Shown here in pieces: positions 8,274-18,009 of a stretch of 64,000 bases of DNA. Origin of the DNA: a virus. A program made the translations under genes and the position numbers. Numbering within the stretch: position 1 is the first letter of the stretch; each line of letters opens with the position of its first letter. Under the pieces are notes generated by a model that saw only the letters and a program-made list of their open reading frames with translations, was not told the DNA's origin and did not search any database. Where the stretch lies: positions 2,984 through 66,983 of the IMG/VR virus record IMGVR_UViG_3300021197_001949; one strand, written 5' to 3'.

Positions 8274-8364
8274 ATTATTGTCCTTCCTTTATTATCGTAC
8301 GATTAACATTAATTAACGTCAGTGTAATTAAAGCACGTAAGAAGTGGTTTTGTCAACATAAAAA

Positions 8365-10140
8365 TTAAACAATTATGTCAACATCATTGGCATAGTTGGT
8401 AAAACCATTTTCTTTGACTACTTTTAATACAGAGTTCACTCTGCTTACCAATTCGTCTTTGTGTGAGATAAGGAATATGTTCTTTTTCTGTGTCCTACTC
8501 ATATCTTTTAAAACCGCCATTGAACTCTCAACACCTGATATGTCCATGCCTGCGTCCACAAGTTCGTCAATGAACAGCAAGTTGATCTGTTGATAAAGAC
8601 TTTCCCACACATCTCTGAACGCCCAACTCAGACTCAGAATCAATCTGTTTCTCTCACCTCTGCTTAGATTATCAAAATCTAGTTCTCTGCCAAGTTCTTC
8701 GATACGCACACTTAGATCCGATTGGAAAGTCACAGTGTGTGGCAGTTTGACCTTGCCCAGGAAGTATGCCAATCGCTGATTCAGGTACGTTAAGTTCTGT
8801 TCTATGATCCTTGTTCTTATAAATGAATCTTTCGCTGTCAACAGTTTGTATAAAAACTCTTGATGTCTGTGTAGGTCTTCTAGTTCGTTTGCCTTCTCGT
8901 AATCGATATCTTGTATTGCCGATTTCTTCATTTCTGCAATCTGTTCTGCGTAGGTATCTTCTTTTTTCTCTGTCTGTTCCAACTGTCTCTTAAGATCCTG
9001 TAGTGATCCTTTGTGATTGAATGCTTCATCTATGGTGTCGTAGTATGTCTCTGGTATCTGACCGAGATTTCCCACGTCGTCTATGCCTTCTTGTATTTTT
9101 GCTAGATCTGTTTTTAATTTTGTTACGTAGTCCGCAGATTCTGTAAGTTGCACTTTTAGTTTGTCAACAAGATGTGTGTGCTTGTCGTCGTGTAGTTCCT
9201 GTTCACAAGTTGGACATTTCTGTTGTTCTGCATATTCTAAGTCTGCGTTTGTTTTTGTCACGGTGCTTTCCGCTTTTGTTAATGAGTTCTCGTGGTAGGC
9301 CTTTTCCTTCTCTAGACTTCTCAGCATAGTTTGTAATTCGGTTCTTTTTTGAAGTTTTTTGTGTTTTGCAATCTCTATCTCGCTGTCCACTTTGTCCAGT
9401 TCCGCTATTGCTTCTTTGAAACTTTTTATATCATCATCTTTTTGCTTTGTCCAAGCGTTTGATCTGATCTGCAGGCTTTCTATGGACTCCTGTATTTTTT
9501 CATTACTAGCAACCCTGGCATCTATCTTTAATTTTTCTTCAGTCAGCATCTGTTTTGTTGCTTTTTGTTTTTCCTTCAACAGATCTGCTTTTTGTGACAG
9601 AAGTGTTATGCCAAGCAACTGTTCGATTATCTCTCTTTGTTCTGCTTGTTTTGTAGACAAAAACGGTTGTGTGTAAGTGTTCAGTGCTATTATGTTCTTG
9701 AACATAGAATGGGTCATGCCCATTAGTTTGTTTATTTCTACCTGTGTTTCTCTGTTCTCACCTTGTGCTTCGTTACTCTCTGTTTTCTGTTCTATATCGT
9801 TGGCATAGAATCTAAATATCTGCGGTTTACGTCCTCTCTCGATCGTGTAAGTTATTCCGTTCTTTATAAATTTTACAGCAACTAACATACCTTTCTCGTT
9901 GGTCTTGTTTACAAGGTTGTCTCTTCTGATGTTTGTCAGTGCTTCGCCAAAGAACACATAACTCAATGCGTTTATGATAGTTGTCTTACCTGTACCATTC
10001 CTGGCACCTGCGTCGTCACCACCTAGGTCCATGTTCTCACCGATAACAAGCACTAGGCTTTTGTTAGAGAAGTCTATGGCTTGGACCTGATTGCCCACGC
10101 TCATGAAGTTCTTTACTGTGAGTTCTTTAATCGTTAGCAA
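8365..10140 (-). CDS. gp46: recombination endonuclease ATPase subunit (gp46/SbcC/Rad50-like)
   Basis: Walker A NGTGKTT, zinc hook CPTC, signature LSRGE, Walker B LLFIDE, and ISH. Confidence 0.93.
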   Translation of the reverse strand: MLTIKELTVKNFMSVGNQVQAIDFSNKSLVLVIGENMDLGGDDAGARNGTGKTTIINALSYVFFGEALTNIRRDNLVNKTNEKGMLVAVKFIKNGITYTIERGRKPQIFRFYANDIEQKTESNEAQGENRETQVEINKLMGMTHSMFKNIIALNTYTQPFLSTKQAEQREIIEQLLGITLLSQKADLLKEKQKATKQMLTEEKLKIDARVASNEKIQESIESLQIRSNAWTKQKDDDIKSFKEAIAELDKVDSEIEIAKHKKLQKRTELQTMLRSLEKEKAYHENSLTKAESTVTKTNADLEYAEQQKCPTCEQELHDDKHTHLVDKLKVQLTESADYVTKLKTDLAKIQEGIDDVGNLGQIPETYYDTIDEAFNHKGSLQDLKRQLEQTEKKEDTYAEQIAEMKKSAIQDIDYEKANELEDLHRHQEFLYKLLTAKDSFIRTRIIEQNLTYLNQRLAYFLGKVKLPHTVTFQSDLSVRIEELGRELDFDNLSRGERNRLILSLSWAFRDVWESLYQQINLLFIDELVDAGMDISGVESSMAVLKDMSRTQKKNIFLISHKDELVSRVNSVLKVVKENGFTNYANDVDIIV

Positions 10141-10291
10141 GTTGTTTTCTCTTCCATTCGTTATATCCTTTCAACCACTCTTCCTGTGTCACAGGTTTCG
10201 CAAGTTGATCTAAAAGTGATTGTTTGGTTACAGGTTGCTCGAGATCACCCTTCAATACTTTTATCAATTTCTTTTTACTAATTCTGGACAT
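10127..10291 (-). CDS. small hypothetical protein, 54 aa
   Basis: Manual translation MSRISKKKLIKVLKGDLEQPVTKQSLLDQLAKPVTQEEWLKGYNEWKRKQLAND; fills the gp47-gp46 gap and overlaps both genes. Confidence 0.55.
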   Translation of the reverse strand: MSRISKKKLIKVLKGDLEQPVTKQSLLDQLAKPVTQEEWLKGYNEWKRKQLAND

Positions 10292-11300
10292 CTAGATCAT
10301 TGTAAATTGCTGTCAATACGTTCTTGTCATAGACTTCTGAGTCCACACCCTGTAACTGCTTGATAACAATTTGATCAACACTGTCAAACTTCTGCACTTC
10401 AACAAGTGGTTGCTGTGCATTGTCCACCTGTTCAGGTATCAGTTGTAGTTCTCTCAACTGGTATTTGTCTATGAATGTCTCTCTTACGAAGTTTGCTTCC
10501 TCGTAACTAATTTTTATATCAAGAGTAACCCTCACATACATTTTTGGTTTTAGGTACTTGTCTGGATCTTCTAGTAGCTCAGAAACCTTGATAGTGATGT
10601 ATCTAGGCATATCCGGCCAATTGACAAATTTTGGTTCATTGCCATATTCCAATACCATCATGCCACGATCGTCATCCCAAGCATCTGCATAGTTGTGTGG
10701 GAAGGCGTTGCCCATATACGTGACGTTCTTCATGTACTGTCTCTTGTGGAAGTGTCCTGAGAACACTTTACCGCAACCTGCGAAATGATCTGTCTGTATT
10801 CCGCCCACGTCTGGCATCTCCACCATTGCGTTCATTTTGAAGTAAGGCAGTTCGAAGTGTCCAAAAACATACTTCTGTTTCATTTTTTCAATTTTCTTCC
10901 ATTCGTCTTCCACAATCCATGGGAGTATGGCAACATCGTCTTCCACTAGCCATTCATTTACGATGTGTATGTTTGGAATGTTCCTGATGTATTCCATTGA
11001 ATTAATTTCTCTCTTGTCTCTGTAATACAGGTCATGGTTTCCCATGATCACATAAACTTTTTCAAATGCCGCACCCAGCCGTTCCATGTTGGAAACTGTG
11101 TAGTTCATGGTGCTTACGTTTGTGGCAGATCTATGGTGATGCCAGTCGCCCAGGAATATACAGGTCTCACAACCTTCTGCCTTGGCCTGTGTTATGAACC
11201 ACTTTACGAACTCTTCGCAGTCATCGTTGTGTACACGACTGTTGCCTTTGAGGCCAAAGTGTATGTCCGTAAAACAGGCTACCTTTTTAAAGAATGCCAT
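10278..11300 (-). CDS. gp47: recombination endonuclease nuclease subunit (gp47/SbcD/Mre11-like)
   Basis: Metallophosphoesterase motifs DIHFG, LGDWHH, GNHD and SGHFH. Confidence 0.93.
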   Translation of the reverse strand: MAFFKKVACFTDIHFGLKGNSRVHNDDCEEFVKWFITQAKAEGCETCIFLGDWHHHRSATNVSTMNYTVSNMERLGAAFEKVYVIMGNHDLYYRDKREINSMEYIRNIPNIHIVNEWLVEDDVAILPWIVEDEWKKIEKMKQKYVFGHFELPYFKMNAMVEMPDVGGIQTDHFAGCGKVFSGHFHKRQYMKNVTYMGNAFPHNYADAWDDDRGMMVLEYGNEPKFVNWPDMPRYITIKVSELLEDPDKYLKPKMYVRVTLDIKISYEEANFVRETFIDKYQLRELQLIPEQVDNAQQPLVEVQKFDSVDQIVIKQLQGVDSEVYDKNVLTAIYNDLDVQN

Positions 11301-11303
11301 GGA

Positions 11304-12287
11304 TTACCATTTCTTCTTAACGATTGGTTTATGATTGGTCATGTCTATCTTGTTCTTGAATTGCACGTCGTCAAAATCATCAGAGTCCAGTTTGCCTTTT
11401 TTCTTTAACGTCTTGTTTAATTTCTTTAATGTGGTCTTGTTGACCTCATGCACGTCACCGTGTGCGGTCTTCATTCTCTTCTGGTATGACGGTCCTGCAG
11501 TCTCGTTCTCATTCTGTCTCGTGAAACTAGGCATCATGCCGTTGAACTCCAATAGGTCATCTCTGATCGCTTGATTCTTCTTTTCAATGTTCAGTATCCT
11601 CGTGAAACTGTTTGTGATCGCCGCCGTGTAGTACGCGAACGGGTTGTCTGATTTTGATTCATCAAACTGTAGTCCAATCTGACTCAACTGCATCAGTGCC
11701 TGTGATTGCATCTCGTCGTTGTAGGTGTAACCTCTCCAGTTGGCCCTGGTACCATATCTCTCACACAACTTCATGTACATCATGGCCAGTTGGTTGGTCA
11801 TCTTGCCATGGTCCACAGAGAAGTGTCCGTTGTCCATGCCACCCACCCAGTGGCTTTTGCCCACACACACCAGTTTGCCTTTTTTGTCAAACTTGTAGTG
11901 TTGGAATGGAGGGAAGTTCACTTTTGAATGATGGTCCGCTGTTGTCTTGGGATTTCGTTTCCGCTCGTCATCCATGGGCACGTGATCGAACATCATGACC
12001 CTGAACACGAGATCGGTCTTCTCTATCTTCCTGGGACTGACAGTGTAGTCCACTAATTTTATTTTTTTAAGTCCTGACGCTTTGGCTTCCTCCCATGCTT
12101 CTTGTGTGAGTCTCTTGGCCTTGGCTTTTCTGGCCTGCGCCACCGCACTGGCGTTGACTTTCTTTAAATTTGGCACTATTAAGTCATACTGTGCGTCCTC
12201 GGGTGCGACGTATGAGCAGTAGGTGTTTTTGCTGGCGTGTATCTGTGCCAGTAGATCTCGGTTGTTTAGGTACTTGACTCTCTTCAT
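11304..12287 (-). CDS. gp55: late-transcription sigma factor, T4 gp55-like
   Basis: YLNNRDLL, NWRGYTYNDEM and FDESKSDNPFAYYT motifs; sits next to gp47/gp46 as in T4-like phages. Confidence 0.85.
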   Translation of the reverse strand: MKRVKYLNNRDLLAQIHASKNTYCSYVAPEDAQYDLIVPNLKKVNASAVAQARKAKAKRLTQEAWEEAKASGLKKIKLVDYTVSPRKIEKTDLVFRVMMFDHVPMDDERKRNPKTTADHHSKVNFPPFQHYKFDKKGKLVCVGKSHWVGGMDNGHFSVDHGKMTNQLAMMYMKLCERYGTRANWRGYTYNDEMQSQALMQLSQIGLQFDESKSDNPFAYYTAAITNSFTRILNIEKKNQAIRDDLLEFNGMMPSFTRQNENETAGPSYQKRMKTAHGDVHEVNKTTLKKLNKTLKKKGKLDSDDFDDVQFKNKIDMTNHKPIVKKKW

Positions 12288-12354
12288 AATTTGTTCTCTT
12301 TATATTGTGTTGATTCGTGTCGTATGGTGAATTAAGTGCGCCTAAAATAATGCC

Positions 12355-12362
12355 TATAAATA
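12355..12362 (+). promoter_or_regulatory. late promoter for the baseplate operon
   Basis: TATAAATA. Confidence 0.7.
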
Positions 12363-12369
12363 TAGTTAA

Positions 12370-12398
12370 AGTATACGAAATTTTACAAAGGAAAGCAA
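12370..12398 (-). promoter_or_regulatory. sigma70 promoter for the gp55-gp47-gp46 operon
   Basis: TTGCTT (12398-12393), 17-nt spacer, TATACT (12375-12370). Confidence 0.65.
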
Positions 12399-12405
12399 CC
12401 ATATA

Positions 12406-13236
12406 ATGGCATTCGGAGACATAGGCAAGATAGTGAAGAACGTGGGAGGGGGCATATTCAACAGGACCCTGGGCAGGCTAACGGGTGCTGGTATTTCCAC
12501 GGATTCGAGGATAGTGCAGGCCAGGGCAAAATGGTCTGGACGGAGTGATAAAAGAGATTGGCGTGTGAGACTGCAGATACCAAACGGCGCAGACGCGGTC
12601 TACGATTCAATACTGGCCAACAACGACCTATTGAATCCATTGGTGCCTTCACGTGGCATATTCTGGCCATTGACTCCAGCGGTTGTGATACAGCATTCCG
12701 CCAACTACAATCCGTTGGCACAGACACACAGCAACTATCCGTTCCAGGCGTACCAGAACTCACAAGTGGATTCCATGAACATAATCGGAGAGTTCCCTGT
12801 GCAGAATTCAGATGATGCCAAACACTGGGTGGCCACTGTGAACTTCCTGAGGACCATAACCAAGATGTATTTTGGTAAGGAACAAGCACTCAAAGGTAAC
12901 CCACCACCGATCATGCACCTGTCAGGGTATGGTGATCACATGTTCAACAAGGTGCCGGTTGTAGTTAACACATTCAACGTGGAACTTAGACCAGGCATTG
13001 ACTACATCTCCACCAAACAGACAAACACACCCTACAGAGAACTGAATGGACCAGATGCTGGTTTTGACTTGTCTAATGACCAAGGAGCATCACAGACCTG
13101 GGCACCAACACTGTCAAACATATCAGTGCTGGTTACACCTATCTACAGCAGAGAGTCCGTAAAGAACTTCTCACTGTCAGAATTCGCACGTGGCAAGTTG
13201 AGTGGCAAGGGTGACGGAGAGATAGGATTCATCTAA
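12406..13236 (+). CDS. baseplate/tail-tube initiator-like structural protein
   Basis: First gene of the baseplate operon; FLRTITKMYFG...GNPPPIMHLSGYG motif; followed by a gp53-like gene. Confidence 0.55.
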   Translation: MAFGDIGKIVKNVGGGIFNRTLGRLTGAGISTDSRIVQARAKWSGRSDKRDWRVRLQIPNGADAVYDSILANNDLLNPLVPSRGIFWPLTPAVVIQHSANYNPLAQTHSNYPFQAYQNSQVDSMNIIGEFPVQNSDDAKHWVATVNFLRTITKMYFGKEQALKGNPPPIMHLSGYGDHMFNKVPVVVNTFNVELRPGIDYISTKQTNTPYRELNGPDAGFDLSNDQGASQTWAPTLSNISVLVTPIYSRESVKNFSLSEFARGKLSGKGDGEIGFI

Positions 13237-13535
13237 TGGCCAAGTACTCTTCAACATCACCATACTTCAATACTCCACAGAATGAGGTCAATCTTGAAAC
13301 GTTTGTTCCCAGAACCATAACTGCGGAGGACGATGATCAGAGTTACACCATCGAGAGGACATACGCATACAGGCCAGACCTGTTGGCCTATGACCTATAT
13401 GGATCACCTAGACTATGGTGGGTGTTCGCACAACGTAACCCAGACCAGATAGAGGATCCCATATACGACTTCAAACCAGGAGTGACCATACAGTTGCCTA
13501 AACCCAGCAACGTCAACTCAGATCTAGGAATATAA
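13236..13535 (+). CDS. baseplate wedge protein, gp53/LysM-like
   Basis: YRPDLLAYDLYGSPRLWWVFAQRN motif. Confidence 0.8.
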   Translation: MAKYSSTSPYFNTPQNEVNLETFVPRTITAEDDDQSYTIERTYAYRPDLLAYDLYGSPRLWWVFAQRNPDQIEDPIYDFKPGVTIQLPKPSNVNSDLGI

Positions 13536-13536
13536 C

Positions 13537-15765
13537 ATGGCGTCAAGCATGAAGGAAACAAATCCGCTACACATGGCCGCCAGTTACAACACGATATTCA
13601 CCCTCAGTGGTATCAGAGAGTCTGAAATACGAGATCACAGTTTCTTAAAGAATGCTCCACATGACATCATAGCACGTACTGGAGGCATCGGTGAGAACCC
13701 TAAGCTCACTAGTGGTGGAGACATATTTGCGGGCACAGGTGGTGCGAAGGCAGATGACAAGATTGTCAGGGACGCATACAAAGATTTCACAGGACGTTAT
13801 CAGGACAGCATAAGCATCTTGAAGAGGAGCCATGACATGTTTATTGAGAACGTCAACATACTTTCAACGGTGGGACCAAATGCAGAAAGGAACCTGGCCA
13901 ACTTCACCAAGATGGAGTTCGAGGTGCACGAGCCCTATGGCATCACACTGATAGAGAAGGTCAGGGCCGCGACCGCACTGAACGGATTCCAGGACTACCA
14001 GGACGCACCATTGTTGCTGACCATAGAATTTAAAGGGTTCGACGAAAACGGGAGACCACTTGGGTTCAAAAGGAAAGGCGGCACCGATGGGCTTGTAAGG
14101 AAGATACCCATACTGATAGCACGTGTAGATTTTGACGTGAACGAGGGTGGTGCCAAGTACAACGTGGTTGCGGTCCCGTACACTGATCTAGGGTTCGACG
14201 ACAGATTCAAATTCCCAAGGACAAGTTTGATACAGGCTGGCAACAAAGCAGAAGATTGGTGCATTGATGTTGCCGCACAACTTGACGTACAGATGGAGCA
14301 GGAGATAGCAGAAAACAAACGGCAATTCAAAGACACATACATATTCAAGATAGATCCCGAAGTGTCCAAAAACGGCCTCGATTATCAATCAGTCACGGAC
14401 AGCATCGCTAACACTTCCACTGCGGAACAACATGATGAGATAATCAACATTGGTGGAGGGTACAAAGAGACCGCCACGAACAAATTACAGGGACTGGTAA
14501 CAGGAACCCAATACAAGAGCACGGCCAAGGCAGACAGTTTCACCGCACTAACTAAATTCTTCGAGGACGCGGTAAGGCAGTCGTTTGGTTACCTCAGCCT
14601 GGTGCAGAACTTCTGGGTGGGATACCTGACAAGCCTGGGACACACAGTGACCAAGGACGACACAGACAAGATCCGGAGCATAATCCGTAGCAAGAAATTC
14701 CAGGAAGATGTAGCCAAGGAGCCTTTCGTTCCGTGGTTCAAGGTAAAACCCACTGTAGAGACTGATACGACTCGATTCGACAACATAACCAAGATGCATC
14801 CAAAGACCATAATATACCGTGCCATGCCTTACAAGATACACATCTTGAAACTGATAGGTTCGGGAATGAGTCTAAAGACAGACTGGTCCAAGTACGTGCG
14901 GAAGGAATACAATTACCTGTACACAGGAGATAACCTGGATGTGCAGGGATTGAGGATTAATTACAAGTCAGCCTATTACATGAGGAATGTGAGGGAAGCC
15001 AAGGACACAACCGAGGCAGGTATATTAGAGGATTTGAAACAAACAATACTGGAAGCATTTGGCCAGGAAAAAGACCCAGAGCCCACACTACCATTGAGAC
15101 AGTATCCGTCTATAATCAAGGGTAGGAGTACCGTTAGCACGACCAATCCAGAGAATCTTAAAGCACAGGAATTCTATGACTACCTGACCAATCCAGAGGC
15201 GGACATGATGCGTATAGAACTGGACATACTGGGAGACCCGGCATACATATGCCAGGACATATACATGCCTGTGGATGACAAGGAAAAAGACAAAACCCCA
15301 ACAACAACCGGCGGTGGCACAGGACCATTCAACAATAGGGCACACAGTTTCAACGCAGATCAGTTCATGACCTGCATAAATCTCAGATACAGATTGCCCG
15401 CGGACATAAATGAAAAAGAAGGAACCATGTTTTCAGGCACAGAAAAATTCAGAGACGAGAACCTGTTCTTCAGCGGAGTGTACCAGGTGGTAAAAGTGGA
15501 CAGCAAGATGGACAATGGACAGTTCATGCAGACGCTGACCTGTGTGAGGATGAACAACCAGACTGGCGAAGGTTTACCAGTGGAATTGGTCAACTCAGCA
15601 AGGATAGGAAACGAAATCATAGCAAGTGCAAAATCAGATGCTGGTAATAAATTCAAAGGTAATAGGACCAGGCACGGCACCGTAGAGAACATCACAACCA
15701 AGGTAAGTGAGAAAATCAACGAGGTAACTAAAATAAAAAAAAATTTAAGAGGGATGAATAGATAA
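13537..15765 (+). CDS. baseplate hub protein (gp27-like)
   Basis: Position between gp53 and gp5; IELDILGDP and FSGVYQVVKVDSKMDNGQFMQTL motifs. Confidence 0.6.
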   Translation: MASSMKETNPLHMAASYNTIFTLSGIRESEIRDHSFLKNAPHDIIARTGGIGENPKLTSGGDIFAGTGGAKADDKIVRDAYKDFTGRYQDSISILKRSHDMFIENVNILSTVGPNAERNLANFTKMEFEVHEPYGITLIEKVRAATALNGFQDYQDAPLLLTIEFKGFDENGRPLGFKRKGGTDGLVRKIPILIARVDFDVNEGGAKYNVVAVPYTDLGFDDRFKFPRTSLIQAGNKAEDWCIDVAAQLDVQMEQEIAENKRQFKDTYIFKIDPEVSKNGLDYQSVTDSIANTSTAEQHDEIINIGGGYKETATNKLQGLVTGTQYKSTAKADSFTALTKFFEDAVRQSFGYLSLVQNFWVGYLTSLGHTVTKDDTDKIRSIIRSKKFQEDVAKEPFVPWFKVKPTVETDTTRFDNITKMHPKTIIYRAMPYKIHILKLIGSGMSLKTDWSKYVRKEYNYLYTGDNLDVQGLRINYKSAYYMRNVREAKDTTEAGILEDLKQTILEAFGQEKDPEPTLPLRQYPSIIKGRSTVSTTNPENLKAQEFYDYLTNPEADMMRIELDILGDPAYICQDIYMPVDDKEKDKTPTTTGGGTGPFNNRAHSFNADQFMTCINLRYRLPADINEKEGTMFSGTEKFRDENLFFSGVYQVVKVDSKMDNGQFMQTLTCVRMNNQTGEGLPVELVNSARIGNEIIASAKSDAGNKFKGNRTRHGTVENITTKVSEKINEVTKIKKNLRGMNR

Positions 15766-17537
15766 TGTCATACACAGATTCCAGGGGATTTACGGACTCG
15801 CAGGACAACCAGAAGAGTTTCAACGAGAAGTACGTTGACAACGATGCCGGTCCCTACATTGCCACTGTAAAGACCACAGTGGATCCATTGAGGATGGGAC
15901 GTCTGGGAGTCAACATACCAGCACTGACCAACACCACTAATCCCAAGCCATCACAGATCACTTGGTGCCAATACCTGTCACCGTTCTATGGGGTCAAGAG
16001 TCTCAGGACAGTGTCTAAGACAGATCCCTATTCATTCAAGGACACACAGCAGTCATACGGAATGTGGGCAGTGCCACCAGACATAGACACCACGGTGTTG
16101 GTGATATTTGCCAAGGGAGAAAATCAAAACGCAAACGCCTTTTGGATGGGTTGTGTGCAGGATCCACTGACCAACCAGATGGTTCCAGGACACGGTGCCA
16201 CAAACAAAACCAGGGTCGCCGGCAACAACACAGATTTCGCACAGAGCAAAAAAGATCTTTACGGCACGGATGTTTTACCAGCAGGTGAGAAAAATAGAAA
16301 CATGTTTGATCCGGGCGACACTGTAGCCAGTGCCGACAAATGGAATTATCCCATTAACGACGCATTGGCAGAACAACTGCAGTCGCAGGGACTTGTGCAA
16401 GACACAGTCAGGGGCACCACTACCTCATCTGCACGTAGGGAATCACCAAGCCGAGTATTTGGTTGGAACACCCCTGGCAGGATCAAAGAAGACAGCACAC
16501 CGAGAAATATTGGTCTCGGTGAATCACCGGAATTAGTTGAAAGAGAAACTGGACACAGTTTCGTAATGGATGACGGTGCAGTAGACGGCACCAACCAACT
16601 CACAAGATTGAGAACCGCTTCAGGACACCAACTGTTGATGAACGACTCGGAGGGTGTGGTGTACTTGGCCAACGGATCAGGAAAAGCATTCATTGAGATG
16701 GCCAAGGACGGCACTATCAGTGTGTATTCAGACGGTGGAATAAATTTAAGATCAGGTAGGGACTTCAACCTACACTCAGACATGAACATCAACTTCCACG
16801 CCAAGGGTGCCATAAATTTCACTTCAGAGACAAACGTGGCCTTGAACGCGGAAGGTTATGTGTTTGCGATGGGGGACAAAGGCATACTGAACAGTTCACA
16901 GAAGGGCTCAGTTAGGAACTACGCTAGGGACGGGATAAGTTCATTCACGGACGGAACACAACTGCACGGAGCGAAGGGCAGGATAGACCTGGCAGGATCA
17001 CAGGTGCACTTCAACTCGGTGGGTGCTAGTAGCACGTGGGGGCCTGGTTGGCTAAAACCAGATGCCATAGGCATCAAGGTCACAGACGGCTTGATAGACA
17101 TCGACGACGACAATCCTCTACCGCAAGGAAAACCCAACAAGATCGAGAACAAGACCACTGTGTCGGACTTCGTCACCCATGAACCATATGACAGGCAGAG
17201 TAGCACACAGAGGACAAAGGCATTCATAAATGAAGCAATGGCAGAGATCAAGGCAACCAGCCCGGAACTGTCAGCAACAGAACTGAAAATAATCAAGGCG
17301 GAACTGTTGAAACAGCCGAGCATAAAGGCAGTGTCTGACAAACTGGGCAAAGTGGTCAAACTCAACGACAAGATCAAACTGCCCGTGAAGAATCTCAACA
17401 CGCTCGTGAGCAAGGCAAATGACATACAAAAATTATTTGAAGATCCAAAAGGTGCGGCGATGAATTTCGTGCAAGGTAAAATTGCAGACTTGAAAAATCA
17501 GGCCATCTCGGCGGTGAGGAGTTTCTTTAGATTTTAG
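15765..17537 (+). CDS. baseplate central spike, gp5/VgrG-like
   Basis: OB-fold DPLRMGRLGV...SYGMWAVPPD and beta-helix repeats GHSFVMDD...RLRTASGHQLLM; no lysozyme domain recognised. Confidence 0.8.
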   Translation: MSYTDSRGFTDSQDNQKSFNEKYVDNDAGPYIATVKTTVDPLRMGRLGVNIPALTNTTNPKPSQITWCQYLSPFYGVKSLRTVSKTDPYSFKDTQQSYGMWAVPPDIDTTVLVIFAKGENQNANAFWMGCVQDPLTNQMVPGHGATNKTRVAGNNTDFAQSKKDLYGTDVLPAGEKNRNMFDPGDTVASADKWNYPINDALAEQLQSQGLVQDTVRGTTTSSARRESPSRVFGWNTPGRIKEDSTPRNIGLGESPELVERETGHSFVMDDGAVDGTNQLTRLRTASGHQLLMNDSEGVVYLANGSGKAFIEMAKDGTISVYSDGGINLRSGRDFNLHSDMNINFHAKGAINFTSETNVALNAEGYVFAMGDKGILNSSQKGSVRNYARDGISSFTDGTQLHGAKGRIDLAGSQVHFNSVGASSTWGPGWLKPDAIGIKVTDGLIDIDDDNPLPQGKPNKIENKTTVSDFVTHEPYDRQSSTQRTKAFINEAMAEIKATSPELSATELKIIKAELLKQPSIKAVSDKLGKVVKLNDKIKLPVKNLNTLVSKANDIQKLFEDPKGAAMNFVQGKIADLKNQAISAVRSFFRF

Positions 17538-17553
17538 GGAGTAAATATAGCAT

Positions 17554-17967
17554 ATGGCATACGGGGATTCAGGATCAGGCGATTTATCAAACAAATCAGT
17601 TACCTTCAAGGGTTTCAGTTCACGTGCGGACAAGAAGAACTTCAAACTGTATGACTTCGAGGTGGCCAAGCAGGACCTGATCAACAGGTTGAGCATACGT
17701 AAGGGCGAGAGGGTGGAGAATCCAGAGTTTGGCACAATAATATATGATGCCATATTCGAACCATTCACAGAGGATCTGAAAGACGCCATTGTAGAGGACA
17801 TAACAGCAAATCTCAACGCAGATCCACGTATCAGCACGGAAGAGATCTTGGTCACGGAAGCGGACAAGGGCATAGCCATACAGGCCACTATAACCTATGT
17901 GCCACTGAACATCACAGAGAAACTGAGATTCAACTTCGATGAGAATTCGTTGTTACGCCTATCTTAA
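17554..17967 (+). CDS. gp25: baseplate wedge subunit gp25
   Basis: KQDLINRLSIRKGERVENPEFGTIIYDAIFEP...DPR motif. Confidence 0.88.
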   Translation: MAYGDSGSGDLSNKSVTFKGFSSRADKKNFKLYDFEVAKQDLINRLSIRKGERVENPEFGTIIYDAIFEPFTEDLKDAIVEDITANLNADPRISTEEILVTEADKGIAIQATITYVPLNITEKLRFNFDENSLLRLS

Positions 17968-17987
17968 TATACGCATATTTCCTAACA

Positions 17988-17995
17988 TATAAATA
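17988..17995 (+). promoter_or_regulatory. late promoter upstream of gp6
   Basis: TATAAATA, 14 nt before the ATG. Confidence 0.65.
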
Positions 17996-18009
17996 CCATT
18001 GTAATTACA

